Virus record (IMG/VR): IMGVR_UViG_3300025655_000022 | Span: 1-64,000 of that record | DNA from: a virus | DNA length: 64,000 nt | Reading direction: 5' to 3' (one strand) | Shown here: positions 55,752-64,000 of the stretch, one piece after another | Layout: each line of letters begins with the position of its first letter | How positions within the stretch are numbered: the stretch's first letter is position 1 | The notes under the pieces: model-generated | What the model was told of the DNA's origin: nothing | The model's database searches: none | Seen by the model: only the letters and a program-made list of their open reading frames with translations | Position numbers and translations under genes: made by a program

Positions 55752-56929
55752 TATACTATTGTTCCTGTATTACTATTTACTGTATGACAGATCCATTTTC
55801 CACCAGCATTTTCGCATTCTGATTGCGTGGGTGCTATCAGAGTTGGATCGCTACAGGAGCACACTGTAATGGGGTTATCAGTGTTGACATTATCATTGTT
55901 TACCAGGCCACTCAAACTTGGAAGTTGAAATGAAGCTGCGTTAACTATGCCGGTATAATTTGGCACCGGTACTTTGGGATTGTCAATAAGACCAATTACA
56001 GATGTGTCGACTCCAGTACGATTAACTGTTTGGGTAACTGCCGGTGGGGTATAAGTTACTGGGCCGCTGCTGCCTCCAAAAAGTCCACCAAGTCCTCCAA
56101 GAAGCCCACTAAACCCACCGAGAACATTACTTAATGCTCCAGAAACACTACCAATTAAATTTCCAGCGACATCACTAATGGCGCTAATGCCACCGATACT
56201 TCCAGCTAGTTCACTAATACTTCCACTAATACCGCCAACAACGTCAGATATTGCGCCGGTTGCATCATTCAATAACGTACCACCACTGGTAAACATTGAT
56301 GTGAGTTTAGTATCCACAAAATCGACTGAAAATTGTGCGCCGCGGGCAATTGAATCCATGTTCAACGATTCATCTGCACTTAGCCCTTCACCAAGCACAC
56401 TTCCGGAATCCCCTAATCCCAACCAATCTTTAGTTGGCCCGATACCATGATCGCCTACCACACTCGTGACGCTTGCTACTACATCTGGAGACTCAAGCCC
56501 GCTAATAATTTTATTTGATTGTAATGTGTTTAACCCTTGCCCGAGTATATCTGACTGCATAGACGTTTGTATGCTACTACTTCCCAATACGTCTGATGCT
56601 GCACCAATACCATCTTTTCCAGTCCAAACCGTGGGACTGTTTAACACATTGGATAATGCACCAGGATCATCTAAGAACCTATCAACTGTTCCTGGTTTAA
56701 TGTATCCTGCATCTTCAAGCGCCTGTGGTTTTAAACCATACTTTCCTAATCCAGTAGTTGAACTAATAGTATTAACCATTTCATCAACAGACAGGGTGTT
56801 TGCACTAGCTACAGTTTTTGATTTCTGTGCTAATACTGTTCCAAGTTGATCGGTGCTCACTGATCCAACTGATTCAATAACACGATCTTGGTTAGCTAAG
56901 TCTGCAATATCTACGTTTAATATAGTCAT
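55751..56929 (-). CDS. baseplate-associated protein of unknown function
   Basis: Between gp5 and gp25, TAATG-coupled on both sides; Gly/Ser-rich hydrophobic segment and a C-terminal Cys cluster. Confidence 0.7.
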   Translation of the reverse strand: MTILNVDIADLANQDRVIESVGSVSTDQLGTVLAQKSKTVASANTLSVDEMVNTISSTTGLGKYGLKPQALEDAGYIKPGTVDRFLDDPGALSNVLNSPTVWTGKDGIGAASDVLGSSSIQTSMQSDILGQGLNTLQSNKIISGLESPDVVASVTSVVGDHGIGPTKDWLGLGDSGSVLGEGLSADESLNMDSIARGAQFSVDFVDTKLTSMFTSGGTLLNDATGAISDVVGGISGSISELAGSIGGISAISDVAGNLIGSVSGALSNVLGGFSGLLGGLGGLFGGSSGPVTYTPPAVTQTVNRTGVDTSVIGLIDNPKVPVPNYTGIVNAASFQLPSLSGLVNNDNVNTDNPITVCSCSDPTLIAPTQSECENAGGKWICHTVNSNTGTIV

Positions 56930-58440
56930 TATTCTGGTCTAACTCCTATGGAGGAAATTTCATTTAATTTATTAATTACATTGTCACTTGGCGGAACTTC
57001 ACCCGCACCATCATATTGAACGTTAGTTGATACACCTTTGTTGTGGTGTACATACGGTTCATGCGTTGGTGCCCGTGTTACGATGCTATCCAATAACCCT
57101 TCCCCACTGGACCATCCAGAATCCGAGTGTTTGGTATCTGGTAGCTTAGATCTGGCAGCATATACTGGTGGAGCACTGGGTAGACTTGGACCTGTGTTTA
57201 ATAATACAAATGCACCATTGACCGCAGTTGGACCAGTTGCACTTAAACTTGCCGCAGTAGTTCCAGCTAATCCTAATGTTCCGTCACTCTTTACACTGAT
57301 TGCTTTGGTGCTATACATGTTTACACTTTTTTCGCCTAACAGACTTACAATACCTTCTGAATTTAAAATAGTTGCTTTTTTACTGTGCAAGTTCAGTGCT
57401 TGGCCAGCAAATAAGTTTAAATTTTGATCGGCGTGTATGTTAACATCTCCCTGAGAACGCAAATTAATTGAATTGGCGGCATACACATCAACGGTACCCT
57501 CTTTGCCCAATTCCACCCATGACTGGCCATTTGCGTGAATAATGTGTATGCAATTTCCATCATCACTCAGCAGAATCTGATGACCTTTGCCAGTTCTGAT
57601 ACGTACCAGATTATCATTACCAGTTAGGTCTCCATCATCCATTACAAAACTGTGACCGCTACGTCTGCCAACGACCTTTACATCATCCGGAGTCATTGCG
57701 CCTGATCGCAAACTTTGCTGAATATTGTATTCAGATGCGCCACTTTCATAGATAGGTCTGCCAGGAGTATTGATACCGAATGTTGCACTGGGCGATTCTC
57801 TGTACGCACTGGAACCAATTGGCCCTCGAACGGGATCTTTGATTAGACCTTGCTGGTACATCACGGCCGCAGTGTAGCTATGTACTGGTCTGGTTTGTGC
57901 AAAACTACGTGAATCTTCACGAATTTCTGTGTTCTGGTTGTTGATCTCTGTAACGGGCAGTCGGGTAGCACCAGCATATCTTTTCTGCTCTTCTGAATTG
58001 TTAAATTCAAAATTAGAACTAGCTCCCACTGCTGGAACCATGTGCATCAGGTCTGGATCTGGAATTGCACCAACGTAGTAGCCCTGACTCTGATCGCCAG
58101 CCACAAAAAAGCATAATACTTTGACACCAACATCAGGCACAGTAAACCACATTCCATAACTATGACTGTTGCCAACGTATTGTCCTTGGCCTTGACTGGT
58201 TCCTGACTGTTGCGTGTTCCCAAAGAATGGACTCAGATATCTAACTGTTCTCCAAGATGTTTGATCACTTTTATCGTCTGCACCAAATTCTGGAATATAA
58301 ACCTGAACACGACCAATACGTGCCGGGTCGTGATTGTTCATGACTTCACCAATAAACGGTCCGGTTTCAGTAGGAAACCCACCGCGATCTATGCGATAAC
58401 TTCCTGGGCGGCCTCTGCTACTTTGTAAATTTTCTGCCAT
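56929..58440 (-). CDS. gp5: baseplate central spike (gp5/VgrG OB-fold + beta-helix)
   Basis: GEVMNNHDPARIGRVQVYIP, YGMWFTVPDVGVKVLCFF (Gp5_OB), SGHSFVMDD, RIRTGKGHQILLSD, beta-helix repeats. Confidence 0.85.
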   Translation of the reverse strand: MAENLQSSRGRPGSYRIDRGGFPTETGPFIGEVMNNHDPARIGRVQVYIPEFGADDKSDQTSWRTVRYLSPFFGNTQQSGTSQGQGQYVGNSHSYGMWFTVPDVGVKVLCFFVAGDQSQGYYVGAIPDPDLMHMVPAVGASSNFEFNNSEEQKRYAGATRLPVTEINNQNTEIREDSRSFAQTRPVHSYTAAVMYQQGLIKDPVRGPIGSSAYRESPSATFGINTPGRPIYESGASEYNIQQSLRSGAMTPDDVKVVGRRSGHSFVMDDGDLTGNDNLVRIRTGKGHQILLSDDGNCIHIIHANGQSWVELGKEGTVDVYAANSINLRSQGDVNIHADQNLNLFAGQALNLHSKKATILNSEGIVSLLGEKSVNMYSTKAISVKSDGTLGLAGTTAASLSATGPTAVNGAFVLLNTGPSLPSAPPVYAARSKLPDTKHSDSGWSSGEGLLDSIVTRAPTHEPYVHHNKGVSTNVQYDGAGEVPPSDNVINKLNEISSIGVRPE

Positions 58441-58465
58441 AATCTTAATTATTCTCTGTTATATT

Positions 58466-61400
58466 TTAACCCTTAATAAATTTTCCAGTCTTTTCATCAT
58501 AGTATCCTTCTTCGGCGGTAGTATCGGTTACGGGATCATAATTAACACGTATACGCTGATTTAAGTATGGATCATATGCATCATAGGAAATTGGTTGTCC
58601 AGAATCAATTGCTTGTACCTGCGCATCAAGTTCTGCTTGCGTGCGGCCACTAATATTCTTGCCTTTATAATAATACATTTGATCAGTGCCTTCAGTTAAC
58701 GGGTCTGGAGTTACACCTTCTGGTATTCGCTGAAGCGTTTCTGGTTCTGTCCAGCCTGGTCCACTCTTGGGAACTGTTGGTAATGTGAATGCTGTGTTTG
58801 CTTGTTCTGCTGGAATGTCGTTATATTTGGGTGGTAACTCTGTCTGAGTTTGGGGTTCAGGATTATCTGACAGAACTGGACTTGTATTGTTTTGCGCATA
58901 CACTGGTGGAGTTTCGACAACTGCTGTGGAAATCTCCTGAGCCGGCTCAGCATCATTATTATAAAAATCAGCAGCGGCTTCTGCGTCGCCATCAAACATA
59001 TCCAGTACTTCTGCATCGGTGCTCCATTCTGGCATACCATAATCAGCTGGATCTTGTACCTTGATTGGTGTGCCATCAGAACTTGCTTTGCCTCCACTAA
59101 GACTTGCTGATATATCACTGGTTGATATGTCAGCATCATGCGCAGTAGCAATAATGTTTGCCTGCCGGCGATCTTCTCGTATTCTGGCCTGAGCGCCTGT
59201 GCGTAATCCGCCTGACACCCGTTCAACATTTGGATCATCCAGGTAGGTCATTAGTGTGCCTTCTAATCTTTGCTTGAACTCTCCCTTGGATAACACGGTT
59301 GTAATAGTGTTTGCACGGTATACTAAACTTAATGAACCACCGCTGTAAGGTGTATCAGTTCTGAGTGTGTTTGGTTTATAGTTAATATCCATGAGACCAT
59401 CTGGACGATAGTCACCAGCAGTATTGTACTTGATGCCAAACAATACTTCACTAGCATCGTAATTTATCGAACCATCAGTCATAAACGGGCCCAACCCAAC
59501 ATCTGACAATGCCACATCTGGACTATAAAAAATTTCGCTCTGTGCCATCCAGTCAGGGTCACCTAAAATCTCAACTGTTGCGTTGGCTTGATCAGCCGGG
59601 CTATACAGCAGGCTGGCAATGTTGGCAGCGATTTCACCACTCTTACTTCCAGTTCCGCCCAATGCACTTTCGTTGGAGCGTGGCATGTAATAATTCTTGG
59701 TGATGTGAATTGTGTTGGTTTGTGGCATTGATTCAGATGCACCAGTTACGCCCAGTGCCTGCTGATAATACAAATAATTATATGACTGTGAAAAACTCAA
59801 AATCTCTGTGTTCTGACCAGTGAACCAATAGTCATACTGTTTGTGTACTCCACGATACAGTGGCGGACCAATATAAGGCGTTCGCAATGAGGTAACATTG
59901 TATCTGCTGATTACATAATGTATTCTGTATGCATAATCGTTGGTTTTGTTATCATATTTTATAGGTACAATTTTTGTTCTGATTTTATACCACATGAATG
60001 GATTTTTCTTTCCATCAGTATTAAATTTAACTTCACCAGTAACTCGATCCACATATACGTTTGTTTGTGATGAAATATAAGTGCTATTTTTGAGTACATA
60101 TTCAATTGCCTGAATAATACTGGTGCCAGCCGGTATGGTATAGATTTGGCTGGATTTTTGAACAGAATTTTTATTGGTATCCAGTTGATTTGCAGGATCA
60201 TCCTTGGTTGGCGGCATGCCAGTGTTGCTTTTGGCTGTGTTACCGGAAGCCAATACCTCAGCATCGGCAATTGATTCATGCTCAAATTCTATCACAAATT
60301 CATTGGGATAAGTCTGTTTTTTGTCTGGGGCATTGCCTGAAATTCTTTTCTGGTGTGCATTTAATGCTTCGGTTAGCCCTTTAAAAATTAATCGTTTGGT
60401 GGGATCTACGTTTGCGCCCTGTCGTTCCAGAGATTCAGACAATTGCACTGAAGCTGCACCACCAGCATCTTGTATTTGACCAGACAAAATGTCCTTTACT
60501 GTACCACCGATTAATTCAACATTGAATGGTATGTGTGAATGAGTATCACTAAATGGTAGCACACTTTGTGGTGCTGCGGCTTCACAGGTATATTCCACTA
60601 AGTTATCAGTTAGCTGGAATGTAATTCCCTTAAAGATGAACGGAATGAATTTTTCTGTGACTGCGTTTGGATCGCTGGTGGGTTCTCTTTTTTTCAGTGT
60701 ACTTCCACTAACTGGATTTCCATATTCATCATATCCATAAAAGCGCACCACCATCAGATAATTTTGCGCAGCATAGTTAATGTGTCCTGGTTTGGCACCT
60801 TCACGTTCCATGTACTCGGTAACAGCGGCATGTAGTCTTTCTAAAAAACTAAGTCCGTTGGGTTCTAAAATTTTAAACCTAATTTCAAACATGTTGTGTG
60901 CTGCCTGACTGCTCTGCCCACTTACTAGACCTTTGAGTTCAATATCATCAATATAAAAATCAACATCAAAGTGTTTGCTTCTGACTGCACCAAAATTACC
61001 TATATTTTCTGATGGATTTGTGCTGGAATTAGCACCGCCACTTTGTAGTATTAGTGTCATGCCGTTGACACTTTTGGTTCCTGAACTTATTAATTCTGCA
61101 TAGCGTTGAGCACTTAATGCATATACACTGACCGAATAGGTCATAGTTGAAAACTTTTTAAAAATATTTTCAGTTGGAATGATATTTGGAAAAAATTCTC
61201 CAGGTATTGACACATTGCCATCAGCACTGGTGTTGTTTTGTTTAGTTACAGAATCAGCACTAATTTCTGGTGTTGTTTGTCCAACAACAAATTCTGGTGA
61301 TATTCCAAACCCTGTACCAGCATCTTCGGCAAAACTTAGTTGAGATGCTGGATCAACTCCTGCCTGTGTAGGACTGATTGGTGTTGTTCCTGAAACTGGA

Positions 61401-62503
61401 ATTTGTGTGGCAGCATTTTGGCCGTCTACTGATACCGGAGATGTTACACCAGAATTTTCTAGCAATGGATCTGTGATTATTTCTGCATTTTCGGCATATT
61501 CAAGTTGATCTCCACGCACAATTGCACCTGCGCTATCAATTGGCACTGCTGTTTCAGCCAAAGATAACTGATCATTGTTTGCTGAGTATGATTGTGTTGT
61601 TGTGTTGCCCACGGTGCCTGGCAAGGCAGTGATGTTGGCACCGGGTTCTAGTTTAATTTCAGTATTTGGCGGCACAACAGCTACACCACCTTGCGACACA
61701 ACATATCTGCCATTGGCATCTTGTGTAACACCTGTGCCTAGCTGCGCATTGGTTGCAAGATCTGGTGTAATGTATAAATTCCCGTCTGCTGCCAGAGATA
61801 CCTGCGCCAATGGACCAGCTTCAACACTACCAGTGGTTGGATTAAATTCATTTGCACGAGATGGCACAATAACCGGAGCAGCATCTGGTAGAACATTGAC
61901 ATTTCCCAGTGCCGGATTTGAATCTATGTTTGCATTTATTGCTGACCCTGGCATACCAATTGTGACTGCGTTATTTCCAACAGTCACAGCTTGTTCTGCT
62001 GTTCTCACGGCCGGTGCTTCAGTAACTGGTACATTTGCAGTTGCATCCTGACCAATTACACGTGTATTTGCATCTGTAATCCTGCCAGAAACATTTGATA
62101 CAGCCGGAGTACCTTCAACATTTTGTACTGGCGGTAGAGCAGGTGATTGTGCAGGAGTCGAATAATCAATAACTGGTGCAACGATGGGCGCACTGAGACC
62201 AGTTTGAGCAGGGGGCAATACTCCGTATTGTGAATTTGATGGTGTGGGTTTCACTTCTGCAGACGGGGCACGAGATATCCCGCCAACCGATCCTTCACCC
62301 TGTTTCCATGCAAAATATGAATCTGAACCGGTAGCAGGAATGGGTGTTAATCCAGGATTACCAATAAAAATTCTGGGTACTGTTCCTGCATTTCCAGTAT
62401 CAGGACTTACCTCAATTGCGCTGACCACATTTCCAGCAGAGTCTCTGACCACACTGGTCCACACATCACCATTACGGTCAACATAATAATTTGAATCAGC
62501 CAC
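58466..62503 (-). CDS. baseplate hub-like protein with long low-complexity termini
   Basis: GTG start; lies between gp53 and gp5; core FYIDDIEL, IRFKILEPNGLSF, KQYDYWFTGQNTEI, VEILGDPDW, GEFKQRL. Confidence 0.65.
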   Translation of the reverse strand: MADSNYYVDRNGDVWTSVVRDSAGNVVSAIEVSPDTGNAGTVPRIFIGNPGLTPIPATGSDSYFAWKQGEGSVGGISRAPSAEVKPTPSNSQYGVLPPAQTGLSAPIVAPVIDYSTPAQSPALPPVQNVEGTPAVSNVSGRITDANTRVIGQDATANVPVTEAPAVRTAEQAVTVGNNAVTIGMPGSAINANIDSNPALGNVNVLPDAAPVIVPSRANEFNPTTGSVEAGPLAQVSLAADGNLYITPDLATNAQLGTGVTQDANGRYVVSQGGVAVVPPNTEIKLEPGANITALPGTVGNTTTQSYSANNDQLSLAETAVPIDSAGAIVRGDQLEYAENAEIITDPLLENSGVTSPVSVDGQNAATQIPVSGTTPISPTQAGVDPASQLSFAEDAGTGFGISPEFVVGQTTPEISADSVTKQNNTSADGNVSIPGEFFPNIIPTENIFKKFSTMTYSVSVYALSAQRYAELISSGTKSVNGMTLILQSGGANSSTNPSENIGNFGAVRSKHFDVDFYIDDIELKGLVSGQSSQAAHNMFEIRFKILEPNGLSFLERLHAAVTEYMEREGAKPGHINYAAQNYLMVVRFYGYDEYGNPVSGSTLKKREPTSDPNAVTEKFIPFIFKGITFQLTDNLVEYTCEAAAPQSVLPFSDTHSHIPFNVELIGGTVKDILSGQIQDAGGAASVQLSESLERQGANVDPTKRLIFKGLTEALNAHQKRISGNAPDKKQTYPNEFVIEFEHESIADAEVLASGNTAKSNTGMPPTKDDPANQLDTNKNSVQKSSQIYTIPAGTSIIQAIEYVLKNSTYISSQTNVYVDRVTGEVKFNTDGKKNPFMWYKIRTKIVPIKYDNKTNDYAYRIHYVISRYNVTSLRTPYIGPPLYRGVHKQYDYWFTGQNTEILSFSQSYNYLYYQQALGVTGASESMPQTNTIHITKNYYMPRSNESALGGTGSKSGEIAANIASLLYSPADQANATVEILGDPDWMAQSEIFYSPDVALSDVGLGPFMTDGSINYDASEVLFGIKYNTAGDYRPDGLMDINYKPNTLRTDTPYSGGSLSLVYRANTITTVLSKGEFKQRLEGTLMTYLDDPNVERVSGGLRTGAQARIREDRRQANIIATAHDADISTSDISASLSGGKASSDGTPIKVQDPADYGMPEWSTDAEVLDMFDGDAEAAADFYNNDAEPAQEISTAVVETPPVYAQNNTSPVLSDNPEPQTQTELPPKYNDIPAEQANTAFTLPTVPKSGPGWTEPETLQRIPEGVTPDPLTEGTDQMYYYKGKNISGRTQAELDAQVQAIDSGQPISYDAYDPYLNQRIRVNYDPVTDTTAEEGYYDEKTGKFIKG

Positions 62504-62504
62504 G

Positions 62505-62810
62505 TTAGAACCCTAACACTTCTCGCAACGTTTCTAACTGAGGCAAATATATGTTTTTGCCCAGTGTAAAATCACCCAGAGGATCGACCAGTGTATTAGG
62601 GTTACGCTGCGCAAATACCCACCAGAGTTCGCTGTAACCATATAAATCATAGGCCAACAAATCGGGACGCAGGTTGTATACCTGGTTGATTGTGAATAAC
62701 CGATCATCAGCATTTTTGGGTATGCTGCGATTTACCATTAGATCCAGATAAAATTCGTTAGTACCGGTGTTATAATATGGGCTAACTGATGTGTATTTTA
62801 CTTTTGCCAT
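62505..62810 (-). CDS. gp53: baseplate wedge protein gp53-like (LysM/tail X-like)
   Basis: RPDLLAYDLYGYSELWWVFAQRN, G..IYLP. Confidence 0.8.
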   Translation of the reverse strand: MAKVKYTSVSPYYNTGTNEFYLDLMVNRSIPKNADDRLFTINQVYNLRPDLLAYDLYGYSELWWVFAQRNPNTLVDPLGDFTLGKNIYLPQLETLREVLGF

Positions 62811-64000
62811 TACCAGAATCCTTTCTTGGTTAAGTCACCATATGCATATTTTCTGAGGCTGAATTGATTGCTGATGCGATCTCTGCTGTCCACTGGGTGG
62901 AATGTAAGTTGTATGCCAATCTTGGTGGGCACATAAGTTTCGTCTTGTGAAATTTTAGTAACACCTTCAAATGCCAAATCAAAATCAGGTATCGTGGGTG
63001 GTGCACCTGACTCCAATTTACTAGTTATTAATCGTGTAATTTTGCTACTCCAGGATTGATAGCCCATGGCTGTGTCTGTTCTGCCCACAAAGTTATTGGT
63101 GTTAGGTCCAGCATAAGCACGCACATAATCCACATTATCAGGAATAGTATAGTTAAATGTACTTAACACACACGGATGTTCAGCAAATTGAAAATCACCA
63201 AAACCATTCATGTATAACAATGGTGGTGGAACACCCCTGCGCTGGTCCTGACCATAAAACATTTTGGTAGCAGATTTAAAAAAATGAATGGCTGCTAACA
63301 AATAATTAGCTTCGTCAGTATCTTGCGCTGTAAATGTTCCATTGACAACAATGTCACCTATTTGACTGCCCTGATAAAAAAATCCACGATAGTTACTGTG
63401 TGTCAATGCATAACTTGCATAGTTTGCCATATGTGGGACGGTAATGCTAGGAGTATATGGAAAAATTACCCCATCTGTTTTTTTAAGTGGTGCCAACACA
63501 TGTGCATTGTGCATGAGCGGATCATTATACAGATAGTCGCTGAATGGACTTAGTCTGATTTTAAATCTCCAGTCTTTTTTGTCGTAGTTTCGATTGTTTG
63601 ATTTTCTTGCTTCACGAATACTGATTGGTGGTTCAGGTGTTTCATCAAACGATAACTCAAACTCATCAAACAATTGTTCTGCTTCAACGTCTGTGAACTC
63701 ATCATCAACCGGAATTGGTTCGCCCAGATAATTGGAAGTTCCTCCAATAGGAACACACACTCCGTCAGTGTCATCATACTCTTCCTGACCAATGATACAC
63801 CCAAAATCATCATATTGTGGTTCTTGAGTTACTGTGGTGTCGCCATAGTTCCAGTTGTCTGGTAGATCTTCTCTGGGAACCCATTCACCAAGATCGTCGT
63901 TGTAAACAAACTCGTTTTGGTCTCTGGCTTGCCAATCTTCGGGACGGTCTGTGCGCGGTACATATTCGCCTAGACTGTCATCATACCATAGATTAGGATC
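62810..64000 (-). CDS. baseplate tail-tube junction protein (gp48/gp54-like), 5'-truncated by the window
   Basis: The frame is open from 62810 to the window edge, so the ORF-track start at 63760 is only the first internal GTG. GVIFPYTPSI, THSNY, GTFTAQ, PPPLLYMNGFG, VPTKI..LTFHPV. Confidence 0.65.
   Translation of the reverse strand, partial: DPNLWYDDSLGEYVPRTDRPEDWQARDQNEFVYNDDLGEWVPREDLPDNWNYGDTTVTQEPQYDDFGCIIGQEEYDDTDGVCVPIGGTSNYLGEPIPVDDEFTDVEAEQLFDEFELSFDETPEPPISIREARKSNNRNYDKKDWRFKIRLSPFSDYLYNDPLMHNAHVLAPLKKTDGVIFPYTPSITVPHMANYASYALTHSNYRGFFYQGSQIGDIVVNGTFTAQDTDEANYLLAAIHFFKSATKMFYGQDQRRGVPPPLLYMNGFGDFQFAEHPCVLSTFNYTIPDNVDYVRAYAGPNTNNFVGRTDTAMGYQSWSSKITRLITSKLESGAPPTIPDFDLAFEGVTKISQDETYVPTKIGIQLTFHPVDSRDRISNQFSLRKYAYGDLTKKGFW

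Noticed and set aside
1123-63865. The many 60-240 aa antisense or alternate-frame ORFs in the track (e.g. 1123..1839, 10610..11035, 58711..59238, 61575..62051)
   Set aside because: They lie inside well-supported genes, lack SD sites and motifs, and look like shadow frames of biased codon usage.
1-64000. tRNA, rRNA or CRISPR arrays
   Set aside because: Intergenic gaps are short and none showed a cloverleaf or repeat-spacer pattern by eye; tRNAscan-SE or Infernal would be needed to exclude small RNAs.

Overview
A gene-dense, AT-rich 64 kb segment of a large myovirus-type bacteriophage with a T4-like contractile-tail baseplate, read in standard genetic code 11. I saw no tRNA, rRNA, CRISPR array or mobile element. 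There are three parts. (1) 1-6.3 kb: an early/metabolic block with two tandem AdoMet-decarboxylase-like genes, a MoxR AAA+ ATPase/vWA-metallopeptidase pair behind consensus sigma70 promoters, DHFR and thymidylate synthase. (2) ~6.3-35.4 kb: a ~29 kb biosynthetic island. It holds an NDP-sugar epimerase, DegT aminotransferase, amidinotransferase, NodU/TobZ-type carbamoyltransferase, TylF-like methyltransferase, UDP-glucose dehydrogenase, a 2OG/cupin oxygenase, five radical SAM enzymes with N-terminal twitch-like Cys clusters, about nine glycosyltransferase-like genes in several paralog families, and three GCS-variant SGNH proteins. About 20 kb of it is one mostly translationally coupled minus-strand run that starts next to the tail-fibre and head-completion genes. 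My main hypothesis (inference) is a phage-encoded pathway that builds a heavily tailored amino/guanidino/carbamoyl glycan for the virion. The island also contains a readable duplication/recombination scar at 26.2-27.2 kb: a fused radical-SAM N/C remnant and a nonsense-truncated paralog, both missed by the ORF track. (3) 35.5-64 kb: a baseplate/tail module with fibre proteins, a 4413-aa wedge-like giant protein carrying an FG-GAP propeller, gp6, gp25, gp5, a hub protein, gp53 and a gp48/54-like gene running off the window edge. All functional calls come from motif recognition by eye; no database searches were run.
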